Of a stretch of DNA of 64,000 nucleotides, positions 1 to 11,400 are shown piece by piece. The stretch comes from Botryllus schlosseri (lineage: Eukaryota). The notes beneath the pieces were generated by a model that was not told the origin of the DNA, searched no databases, and saw nothing but the letters and a program-made list of their open reading frames with translations. Numbering within the stretch: position 1 is the first letter of the stretch; each line of letters begins with the position of its first letter. The translations under genes were made by a program, and so were the position numbers. Location: NCBI GenBank assembly GCA_051294905.1, contig CM119386.1:11222001-11286000 (forward strand), in the 5' to 3' direction.

Positions 1-36
1 CTACGCAGCCAACGATGAAGCCATACGGCGCTAGAA

Positions 37-1420
37 CAGTGGTTCTCAACCGCCGGTCCGCGGACCGGTGCCGGTCCGCGACGACATTCCTGCCGGTCCG
101 CGAGGTACATTACAATTTGATACTTTAATTTCAAGATGCAATGTTGAAGGCTTGTCCTTTGATAAAATAAATAAAACATCTTGTTTTAAACTGATTGAAA
201 ACTTCGTGAGGTAACATTGGGGCTGGAAACATGTTCGATTTGACTTAAAGTTCAAGACGTTTCATTTGACGACATGCGAGCGACAAATACAGAACAGATG
301 CGAGCTCACTCATCGCTAGACAGCGCAGTTTGATCATTGGTTTTCGATTCATTAATTTTGTGCAGGACCGTAACTGGGGCACCCCAAACCGCCCAATTGG
401 AGAGAGGCCGAGCTTGAATAGGGCCCAAAATTATTTCGCAAATGGTCATAAATCATAGCGTTTTGTTTGAAACTTATTCCAACATTTTTCAATTTCTTTT
501 CGGGCTTAGCACGATTTAGTGTCCCTAAATGTCTTGCTTATTAGGTGCCCTTCTCCGAGAAATACGCATGATTTATAGGCATTTCGGCGTCAGCCATTAC
601 CGTACCACGACGTATCCACACAGAATGAAGTTTAGGTTAAGATATGGGACTCCGAAATTTGGGCCAAAAATTCGGCCGCGAGAAAACCGCTTCAGTCGGG
701 AATGATCGAGAGTTTTCGGTATTGTCGCGATAAGCTACGTAAACTCTCTTCTTACGCCGAGTACAATGGATGTGGTCACAAGTACAGGTGAAAACATTAA
801 CCCAAGTGTAGGATCTTGGGGTGAAGCCCCCGTAAGTTTGGCTTATCGCCCTGCGGGGGCTCCACGACCAACGTTTATGGGGGTGGGCTGACGAAATGCT
901 TTTTCGGCCCGGATTTGCGGATGGCTGGTATAGCTGCTGTACTGTGTTTTCTTGCGGCACGCATTGTATTCGTAGTTGCCAGAGTAGCCTGCGTCATGCG
1001 GCAGTGGGCAATCAGCAAGGTAGCACGACAAGGTGCTTGGTTCGACTCCGATTGCCTACGCTTCTTCTCTTGATGTTGTCAAAGATAAGAATATTATTGT
1101 AGTTGGCGTGGCCGTTTAAACCAACGGCCTTCGGCTCGAAAGACTGTAAACGACTCTCGGCGGTAGCACGTTTATCTGGACAAGGCAATTTCACCTCGAC
1201 TCGGCAGACTCACTACCATAGAATCACATGGATACTATCATGAATATAATTAAATACGATCAAAATCCTCTAAATGTCACTCTCTAGCATCCTATAATTG
1301 CAAAAAAACGGTTGCATACTTAACGTTTTGGCTTCATTTCAATTTTGACAGTTCACCGGTCCGCCAGACATGTTTTGAAATTCTACCAGTCCGCGAGGCA
1401 AAAAAGGTTGAGAACCACTG
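37..1420. mobile_element. Non-autonomous hAT (Charlie-type) element
   Basis: Perfect 14-bp TIR CAGTGGTTCTCAAC (37) / GTTGAGAACCACTG (1420), with subterminal CCGGTCCGCG repeats at both ends. The flanking 8-mers (CGCTAGAA / TCCTATCA) do not form a good TSD. No transposase recognised inside. Confidence 0.7.
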
Positions 1421-1430
1421 TCCTATCATT

Positions 1431-1740
1431 AGAGGATTTGTCCTCTTTTTTGAAAATTTTGGTTCAATGTATGTGAAAATTGGACAGACTGAGATATAGG
1501 AAATCAGCACTCAATTAAAGGTCAGACGGGTCTTTCGGGAGTTGAGTTTGAAAAACGACCTTTTTTTAGTCAACACCACTAATTTTAAGTAAAAAGTGGG
1601 TAAATTTGAAGTCAAATGAAAGTGAGGACCTCTTTATTTTTAGGCAACTAACTATAAATCGAGTAAATTTACCAATTTTTCTTCGGTATTGCAAGTCTGA
1701 AGGTGTCATCTTTTCAGATTCCCAAAATATGGTAACCCTA
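1431..1740. mobile_element. Partial TAGGGTTACCAT-type hAT MITE (one end)
   Basis: Ends in AAATATGGTAACCCTA, the same terminus seen at about 18135-18150 and at 41931-41944. Its internal AAAACGACC-T-run-AGTCAACAC motif recurs at 3751-3860. Confidence 0.5.
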
Positions 1741-2499
1741 TTATTTACGCCATGATAGAAGAGCGATTCTATGTATAGCCTACGCACAGAAAGCACTCGA
1801 TGCGTATATCGAATACTGGTCTATGTATTTTTAAAAATGTATACATCATGCTTATTTTGGCAGCCATAACATACTAAAGAATTGAACAGTGAACAATGAA
1901 CATACAACACTTGTTGAAACATATATAAACAAATCACCTCGCAATGATAGATGTCATACTCTTAGCAACAGCATGAAGAGGATTTTAAATTGAGACCAGG
2001 AATGCGCAAACTTTATTGACTATTGATATTTGACTAGTAATTTCCAGACCTTTAGGTATGAATTCTTGCGCTGTACTGTAACCTATATTTTATTCTCGGT
2101 CGACAGAGTGCCTAGTGCCACAGCGCCGTTTGACGTGAAAATGAATGTAGCTGTATACCACCGCTTTAAAGGCGTGGAGCACCTAGCTAAACTTCTATTA
2201 AATAAGCGATATGGAGAGTGTTGCAATTATTATTACATGATATTCCTTCAGCGAGGCCGGGTATTCCTTCCTCTTCAAAGTCAATCAGCGAACACGGCAA
2301 GAAACACTGCTATAGACGGTAGGGTTAATAACATCGATTGAACTCGGATGGAATGTTCAATACTAGATGGGTGTGAGCTTTATCGTGTCGTATACGAGCT
2401 GCACCCGTTGACAGCATGCTCTCTTCAGCTGCAGATACAGTTAAGATCACCTCAAGACCAACGCATCCACGGCCGCAAGGACGCACAGGTGAATGTAGT

Positions 2500-5400
2500 T
2501 CAATTTGGCATCCGAGTGAAGTAGACAAGTTCAAACGGGTTCTGCCGATCGGTAACTTGGAGTTGCCCGGCCGGACTGCAAGCCGGCTGTTCTTCATCGT
2601 CGGAAGTAAAGGTGATCAAATCTCCGACGGGACACGGCTCAGATACCGGGGCCAGATGTCGGATGCTAGCAGCTGGAGATACCCATTGACAATAGCCCGA
2701 GTCTTGCTCTTCACAATCCTCATGTGCTGGAATTAACAGCCAGATGTTGACAAAAGAGGTATTGTTGGCATAAGCCAAGCGTGGCCAACATGTGATCCTC
2801 GCGCTAATTTTCGAAATTGGCTAATTATCACAAAATGTAATGCCCGAGTAACTTATTGTCAAAGAAAACTTTAATTAGCCTGACCGCGAAATTTGGCAAG
2901 TCGATGACTAAAAAAGCAACATATTCGACACATTGGGGCAACCAGGGGTGGCAAAAGGGGCCACCCTCCACCACATTTTTTGTACATCATTGCAAATTAA
3001 TTCCGCGGGTGATTGATTTTCTTAGCGTTTCTCGCGATTATGTGCCACTAGATTTCTCGCTTTTCGTAGCTCTAATATGCGTTCGGTAGTATACAATATT
3101 GAGTATATCTGTATTAGCAATTGTGGGAGAACGGAATATTCCCGGTATCACTTGACGCCTTTGGGCTGCTTCAATCTGGGTGGTTTGCAGCACGCACGAG
3201 GCACAAGATGGAGTTGATAGAGTTAGACTCGCATCTAGTTTTCTATTGTACAAATTTTAGTAGCATTTGTAGTTGAGCAGTTGAATATAAAAGCTAAGAC
3301 ATGTTTGGTAGGGTTACCATGTGTCAGGGTTGTAACCGAATCACAAGTCTCCGAGTCACAAGTCAATCTCAATTTTATAGTTTTGACTCGAGTCAAGTAG
3401 AGTCATTTTCAATTCACCACCGAGTCAAGTCCGAGACCAAGTCATTGTGTAGACTGCCCAAGTGCTCGGTTTCCAGTTAAATTCTTGTTGAACCCACTTT
3501 TCATAACCCTGTTTGGTGATATCGAATGGTTCGCATTTATAATGTACTAAATTTCCTCACTTTTAGCAGTTTCTGGTCACATTTTCAAGTACCACTACCA
3601 ATAGGCGAAATCCCAATAGTGTGGTTAATTTACTATTCTTCGAAATTATATTGCATATGTCCTCCTTTATAGCTCTGACAGCCAGGGTAATGGACATAGA
3701 TGACTCGAAATCTAAAAAGCGGAGCTGGTCATTCGGGAGTAGAACTGGAAAAATGACCTTTTTATTTAGTCAACACCGCATCGGTATAGGTAAAAAGTGG
3801 ATAAATTGGTTAATTGGGAGTCGACTCGGAAAGACGACCCTTTTTCCAGTCAACACAACAAGAATTTTGTAATATAGTTCAATGTATTTAAAACGTTTCA
3901 GTAAAAACCGCACAACCAGTCCTCTCGCCCTCGAGCCCGTTCTGTCGATCGCGTGGCAGGAGCGTCGGGAGCACACACATAATCATTACGTTAATCACAA
4001 TCACACTTCCCCTTGATCTAAAGATCACATGGGAAACCAACACATAACGCAACGATGTAACTTCAAACGTGAAAATCAGGTGAACAATTCTAAAACAGTG
4101 TATAGCCTACATGAAACGGCAAACTTCCCCTTGGTCTGAAGCTCGCACGGGAAGCCAAGTCAACGTGATAAATGTGGACACAAAAACAAACAAATACGCA
4201 GTGTACACATATCGATACATCAAATTGGCAGTTAAATTTCGATATATGCCTGTGATCTATTGACGGGGACGGGGAGTCATTTGGTCTTCCTACCCCCGTG
4301 ATCTATTGATCACTGACCCAAGTTCAAAGCTTTTAAGTGTAACCCCGCAGTTTAGCCTATATAAGCCAATAGGCTAATTCTGAATAAATTAACACGAGTC
4401 GTTCGCTGTTAGAAGCACACAAAGTGGATCCCACAACCAAAACACACTGGCGTACAAAAACGAAAAACTGCGGTGTGGGTGTGCCTCAAACGATGGACGA
4501 AAGCGATGATAACTGGAATTTGTAGCATACAGAATTCGTACTTGAAGGCTAAAACTTGCAAGGTATATGCAATCATCACAAGGCATAAGCATTTACGCGC
4601 GAACAAATCAAAATGTAAAAAATCACTTATTCTTAGTACAGATCGATACACTCAACATCTAGCCTACATAAAAGTCAGCCAACCATTGTGGCGGCGCTCG
4701 ATCCCGATTTGGTCGCGAATGGTCAGAGTTATTTCTCTCAATATCATGGTCGACATTGTCATCACCAGGTTGATCCAGATCAGCTGAGTTATTCCCATCG
4801 GTGATATTCTCTTCCGTACCGACTGGGTCATTAGCTTCACCCGAGTTACCGCTGTTTTCCGTATCAATGGCATCATCTTCTCTGCTACAATTCAAGTCGA
4901 TTTCGCGCGTCGTAACACTTCCTGGTGGGTTAGGTAGATCCCCGACGGCGAGTCTAACGTCAGAAAGATGTCGATTCATCCCGTCAACCTCGACCACCAC
5001 GTCGGCGACAACCCTGGTAACGACACCTCTATTCCATTGAGTAGTACATCGAGCATTTGGTGGCTTCACGAACACTACATCACCGACTCGGTATGGGTTG
5101 GAACTATTTTGTCGGTCCAATCTCTTTCTGCTTGCGCGGATCATTGAAGATGGCAAACCAGATTCATAGCGAAACACCTTATCCGCAGGTACAATATCCT
5201 CCGACTTCGGAGTGTGATTGTACCAATACACCATTCGTTCAACACTACCTTCAGATCTCGCGGCCATTCTTTTGATAGTTCTGTGATTCCGCTCCGCAAT
5301 ACCATTTCCAGAATGCCGGTAGGCGCAGCTGAACACATGTTCCACCCCCCAACTGTTCAAAAACTGGCGCGTTTTCTGACTAGTAAAACAAGGTCCGTTA

Positions 5401-8400
5401 TCACTCAGAATTTCACTCGGCGCACCTCTTTCCGAGAAGACTTGTTCAAGGATCTGGATGATTTTATCGGCCGTTTCATTTCGCACCGCCCGCCATATCG
5501 CAAATCGACTAGGCCCGCAGTCGATCAAACTCAGGTATGGTCGAGTGTTTACGTAAGTAATGTCAAGTGCCAGGCGCTCCCAGACAACGGGAACGGAAAG
5601 CTGCCCGTGTTCCCATCTCACGGGACTCGGATCAATTCTGCGACAGATGTTGCACTCATTGATTACTCGTTGAACAACATCACGAGTAACAGCTTCGCCA
5701 ATGCTTCTTTTGGCCACAAAAAGCGTCCGATTCACACCTAGGTGATGCACGTTATGAAGAGCCCGTACCTGTTCAATCACGTTCTCATTACGCCGGTATA
5801 CTCCAAGACACACCTTCTTTAGCCAGCGTTGCGGGACTCTCGTTAGTGCATCTGAGAGATTCTCCGACGATGGTACCCAACGGATTGTGACCTCCATGCA
5901 GTATTCCTGAAAGAGCTGCGCGATAATTCCCAATCTTCTTTTAATAATCATTTCACTTAGCCCACTGACTCTAGGTCGACGCGAATCTTCCAATATTGAC
6001 TTGACCCAATGGAACACACTGACCGAGTCGGTCACAACTTCTACATTAGTGAAACCCCATCTCAGCACCAAACTTAATCCCTTTACGACAGCGTCGAGCT
6101 CCGCGACATTTATATGCGTTCCGTCGTCCTCTTTCCTCATCCATGCTGCATCTTCGACAACCTTCCCATTTACGGTCAAACAGCATGCCACCGCCATATT
6201 GCTCGCATCGCACCAAATTTGCGCTCTTCCATCACGATATACTCTCCAGTCCCCTCTTACTGGATCGTTCTCTCGTACCTTCGTCAAGATTTCTTCAGCC
6301 AAATGCATAACTGGATTCGGGATTACCGCATCCCACGCTATCTCGTTAGTAAGTCGTTTTACATGACTGCATGCAGTTCTTAACCACCCGGCCACGGGAT
6401 AATGCCCTGTGAGCTTGCCGAACACAGAAAATAGCCCTCTCTTCGTCATGCGGCCGTTCAAACTCGGCAGATCACCATCTCTCCTCCACTGCAGTACTCC
6501 ATTCTGGGTCTCATTCACCCGCAATCCAAGTACACGTGCATCACGTAACGGAACTGGATCCTTCGTCGCTAACCCATAACTTGCCAAATGCCTGCGCACT
6601 TTCTCAACCGCTACAACATTCTCATCAACCCAGATGTCGTCGATGTAATGGTCGGTTCCCCTTGCTATGTCGTCTTCCAGTGACAATACGGTAGAAATGA
6701 TCTTGGTCATCACCTTTGGGCCGATGTTCAAACCGAACCCCATTCGTGTCATAACGTAAACTTTTCCTTGATGCCGCACTACTTGGAATTTTTGCAGCCT
6801 CTCGGACACGTGAATCTGTAGGTATGCCTTCCGGAGATCCAAGACCGATGCACGATTACTTCGTTTGCGCCAATTTCTCAATTTTTCTTGGCATACTGCC
6901 GCATCGAGTCCGGGGTGACTCATAACATGGGAATTCAGCTCGCGGTAGTCCATCACTGGCCGTACCTTCTGCTTCTTGTTTGGTTGCTTGACCGCCAACA
7001 GCGGAATTATTCCGCCGTGGGAACCGTGACGGGCAGGATCGTACTCCACCAACCACCCGTCTCTGATCCATTGGCTGAGTTCATCATCAAACGATGTACG
7101 ACACTCCGACGGCATCTGATATCCCCCACATTGATTAGTCAACTCAGGCTCGCCATTTTCCCATCTCCACTCCATAGTCCACTTCGCTCCATCAAATTTT
7201 GCAATGAAATCTTTATCGTCAATTTGTAACCGTTTATTCGTCGCGGCCACCGCACTTGCTACACACACCTTTGCACCAAACCACACGTCAAGATTTGAAT
7301 CAACGAATACTCCGCCTAATTGCTGGATAACATCAATACCGAGAATCACGCCAGCAGCACATACGAGCTCCGAGGCTACCAAGCATTGCACCCTGACATT
7401 GGTCTCGCCTACAACCATCATTACCATGGTCTCTCCGTAACAACTAGTGCTTTCCCCGTTCAGCATCTCCACAATCCTTCTCGGACCCGAAACGGTATGT
7501 CCCATACGACGACACACGTCTTCAAGAACAACAGATTGCTGGCACCCAGTGTCCACCAGAGCCTTGAGAGGTTTTCCACCAATTGAAACCACAACAAACG
7601 GTAGCACCTTTTTTCCAACTTGTGAATACGGGAGAACGCGTCCGGTGCTGACGGTTCTCCTTGGTAATTTTCCTGCTGCGATCTTGTGACGTTCATCGGC
7701 TCTGCATTGGCGAGCTATATGACCAAGCTTACCACAGGAAAAACATCTTGGTTGTCTCCAGGCCATTTCGTTACCGTCATTTCTTGGCTCTTTAATAGGG
7801 CATTCTTTAGCAAAGTGACCATGCTTCCCGCAGAAAAAACAGTTGTCCTTCCGCTGACGCGAACTGACCGCGCACGATACATTGAAGCTGCTCCTGACCG
7901 ACATTATTACTCGTGCCCGCGCGACGAGATCACTCAAATTCATTTTGTCCACTTCTGCTACAGACTTTAACTGACATGAAACCTCTGGGGGGAGACCATT
8001 TACAAACGCGCACCGAATTAACGCCTCGGATGCATCCACTCTCATCCCAATCAATAGCGCAAGCCTTTTGAGGTCGGAAAGGTACACATCGACAGGTTCT
8101 TCATCCAGCAGTATTCTTCGCTGGAATTCGCTATACGCGTCATAGCAATTCACTCCAAACGCGTTCAAAATAGCTTGTTTCGACTTCTTGTAATCCTTTC
8201 TGTCGCCTTCTGGCAACTGCTTGAACACTGCAAATGCAGGGCCATCCAACAGCAATGGGAAAATAGTTGGCAGTTTGTCCGTCAGTTCTTGCAGCTCGGC
8301 GACCAGTTCCAGTTTCTCAACCCACTTTGCAAAATCACCAGATGTTGGATAATCTTCATAACTCCTCACAATATCAGTTAACTTCATATTCGCCATTGTG

Positions 8401-11400
8401 CCGCGATAGCTTGTAATATAGTTCAATGTATTTAAAACGTTTCAGTAAAAACCGCACAACCAGTCCTCTCGCCCTCGAGCCCGTTCTGTCGATCGCGTGG
8501 CAGGAGCGTCGGGAGCACACACATAATCATTACGTTAATCACAATCACAAATTTTAGTACAAATTTTAGAATCAGCAGTTTTCTAGCACGGTAATCTGAC
8601 TTTTATGATTTGTAGAAAGTGTCCCCATTCCCGGATTCCAAAATATAGAAACCCTAATGCCGGCTGGAGAGCCAGAAATTGAGTAAGAATCACAATATTT
8701 ATGAAAGCGCCCACGAGTCAGAGTCGCAATTTTCAGTCATATGTTACAATAATTGAGAATACGAACACATACTATACGCACTACGCAGTCAGCTCACCAG
8801 TCAGAGGAGTTGTTTCACCATTATCCGCCGTAGTCTGTGTTTCATCATGCAACTCTGTCCTTCCACTCGATATCTGATGAAATTCAAATCGTATTCTCAG
8901 GATTTTCCTCTGTATTTGATTACGCACAGTTAGTTTGCCTACATGCAATTTTCGAAGATTTTTTGGAATATATATATACAATTGAATAGTATAGTCATAT
9001 TGAAATGACCCCGAATATTTTCGGCTGACACACGTCAGGGGTAATCGTCAGCAACTAGTAGAGAATTGGAAAGAACATTGTATATCAACAATCGTATCAC
9101 AAAATATGACGTCACCAGCATGAAAGAGAGAGCGTTCAATGTTCTATTTTTAGGTGGTACACGAACTCCTTTTGTTGACAGAGTTTTGGTTGGTGTATTT
9201 TGATAAAAGTCGACTCCAGGAGTTCGTGTACCACCTAAAAATAGTACATTGAACGCTCTCTCTTTCATGCTGGTGACGTCATATTTTGTGATACGATTGT
9301 TGATATACAATGTTCTTTCCAATTCTCTACTAGTTGCTGACGATTACCCCTGACGAGTGTCAGCCGAAAATATTCGGGCTCATTTCAATATGAATATACT
9401 ATTCAATTGTATATTGAAGTTCTGTACCTCCAAGAAGCTCTTCAAATATATTTATAATGAGAAAAAATGCCTTCAAAATCCTTACAAGTCAAATCAGTGT
9501 ATCCCGTCTATGTTATATCATATAGACTCGGCTTATAAGTTAGCTGTGGTCCCTTACCCGCGTGCTTGACAATGTAGAGCAGCACTGGATACATCCCGTC
9601 ACAAAGAACAGAAGCATACTAAGCAGACAGCAGCATCCTCCAACCGCAAGAGACAAATTAATGAATACATTCCATTGCATCTCACTAATCCAAGTCCTGG
9701 AATCAAGGCATTGCGACGTGAAAGTCTGGATGGAGTCCCTGACCCATTCTACGCGAAGCAATCTCATGATATCGAAACCGGTAGCGGCCATGGAGAAAAA
9801 CGTTGTCAGGCAAGAGATAATCACCAGAGTCAAATTCTGAAAGTTGATATCAGTAGGATTTTAGTACAACCAACAACGAAACTGTCAATGGAAGATTCAC
9901 TTACGCAGCATCTTGTCTGAATGAATGCGTGAATGATTCCGGCTAAGCCGCAAAGCGAAACCTATTGAGTGCATATTAATCATTAGGTTGAAGATCTAGA
10001 AATCACATTGGTTCAAGGTCAAAGTGCAAGGCTTGTATAGGTGTTGGCTTGGTTCAAATAAAACCTGCCGTGTACACAGTGACTGCGCTTACGATATATG
10101 AAACTTGCAAAATCAGTGGTTCATTGGAGTGATTCCTAAACTTTTATAGATTGTGGCAAGCTGGAAACACTATCAAATGCTGGTGAGGCACACTTGCAAG
10201 AGAAGACATACCCGTATTCCGTCATCAATTTAAAGTAGTCAGTCTCGTTTGCAGTTTCAGTAAAAACAGAAAAGTCATGTTCACATAGCCATACAGATCC
10301 AAATGACGATGACATTTTGATTGCTTCGGCACCAATTACGGAATAGGATTTAAGAGCAAACAGCATTTGAAAAAAACAGCTCGTTTCGGAAATTCTTCTG
10401 CAGAAAAATTGATTGCTTCCAAATGGAACAACTCCCATGCAAGGTTATCGACATCAAATTCAGGGAATTGTGAGCAAATATGTGCAGGAATGCAAAACTA
10501 TTGCAGCACAAGCTGACGTCCTGACAATGTGCTCATCCCCACATTTTGTGGAATCATTTCCTGTTAACGAGCTAATTCAAGCGTAGCTGAAGCATTGTGA
10601 CGTTGCAATTTCCGTACTCCATCAGTAATGCCATAATAGGTTTTCATCGTCACTAGTGCTTATTTGTCGGGTATTGAAGCCCCTAAAGCGCATCCAAGTT
10701 GTATATAATTATCTACATGATATTATATACATTCAGCCTATCAGGTCTTCTCGAAAATACCAAAAAGATATGCGGATGATGTTTGCCAAACGAACCTTTT
10801 GACCTGTTATCGTTGATAATGTGTACTGTGTACATAGTCATTCCATTGTTACACAACAAACTCTATGAAAGGACTGACTTTAGCTCATGGCAAAGTGTTG
10901 CATCAGCGTTCAAGTATATAAAAATCTTTTTTGTTAATCAAATGACAACACCTATAATCCTACAGAACGCAATTACTCGCTATGTTGCGGGTGTGCCAAC
11001 AACATGAAGTATGTGCGTCTGTCTATGACGTCAATATATGAAGAGCTTCTTGGAGGTACAGAACTTCAATATACAATTAAATAGTATATTCATATTGAAA
11101 TGAACCCGAATATTTTCGGCTGACACTCGTCAGGGGTAATCGTCAGCAACTAGTAGAGAATTGGAAAGAACATTGTATATCAACAATCGTATCACAAAAT
11201 ATGACGTCACCAGCATGAAATTTCGAATGAGAGAGCGTTCAATGTACTATTTTTAGGTGATACACGAACTCCTTTTGTTGACAGAGTTTTGGTTGGTGTA
11301 TTTTGATAAAAGTTGATTCCAAGGCACACAAATGGAATTGTGAACGGCCTCGACCTACGATTTGAAATCGGTCGTCTCGATAATTATTCGCACAAATCGG

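Larger units (their letters stand above)
3868..8549 (-). mobile_element. Full-length Ty3/Gypsy LTR retrotransposon (4682 bp)
   Basis: Two identical 138-bp LTRs (3868-4005, 8412-8549) with TG...CA ends. 5-bp TSD AATTT (3863-3867, 8550-8554). Single uninterrupted gag-pol ORF in PR-RT-RH-IN order. PPT next to the 3' LTR. Confidence 0.97.
3309..8656. mobile_element. TAGGG-type hAT MITE interrupted by the Gypsy element and by a CAGGGTTGTAA MITE fragment
   Basis: TAGGGTTACCAT at 3309 and ATAGAAACCCTA ending at 8656. Sequence flanking the Gypsy resembles the MITE interior at 1545-1610. No convincing 8-bp TSD, so pairing of the two ends is tentative. Confidence 0.4.
8974..9444. mobile_element. Penelope-like element remnant A, palindromic (inverted pLTRs)
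   Basis: Inverted arms of about 197 bp (8974-9170 and about 9218-9414) around a 47-nt spacer. The arms encode the GIY-YIG C-terminus (QKEFVYHLKI) plus 3' UTR. Probable 7-bp TSD AATATAT (8967-8973, 9445-9451), in AT-rich sequence so less certain. Confidence 0.85.

Noticed and set aside
29-1428. 8-bp TSD for the first hAT element
   Set aside because: CGCTAGAA versus TCCTATCA match at only 4 of 8 positions.
4801-8381. Many plus-strand and alternative-frame ORFs over the Gypsy element
   Set aside because: These are antisense or shadow frames of gag-pol with no recognisable motifs. No env-like ORF was found in the 3' UTR.
8397-8426. ORF-track start of the 1255-aa protein at 8426
   Set aside because: It is a TTG inside the LTR; the first ATG is at 8396.
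10136-10438. ORF as an extra exon (extracellular loop) of the four-TM gene
   Set aside because: It matches the hAT transposase C-terminal pattern, and the gene model closes in phase without it.
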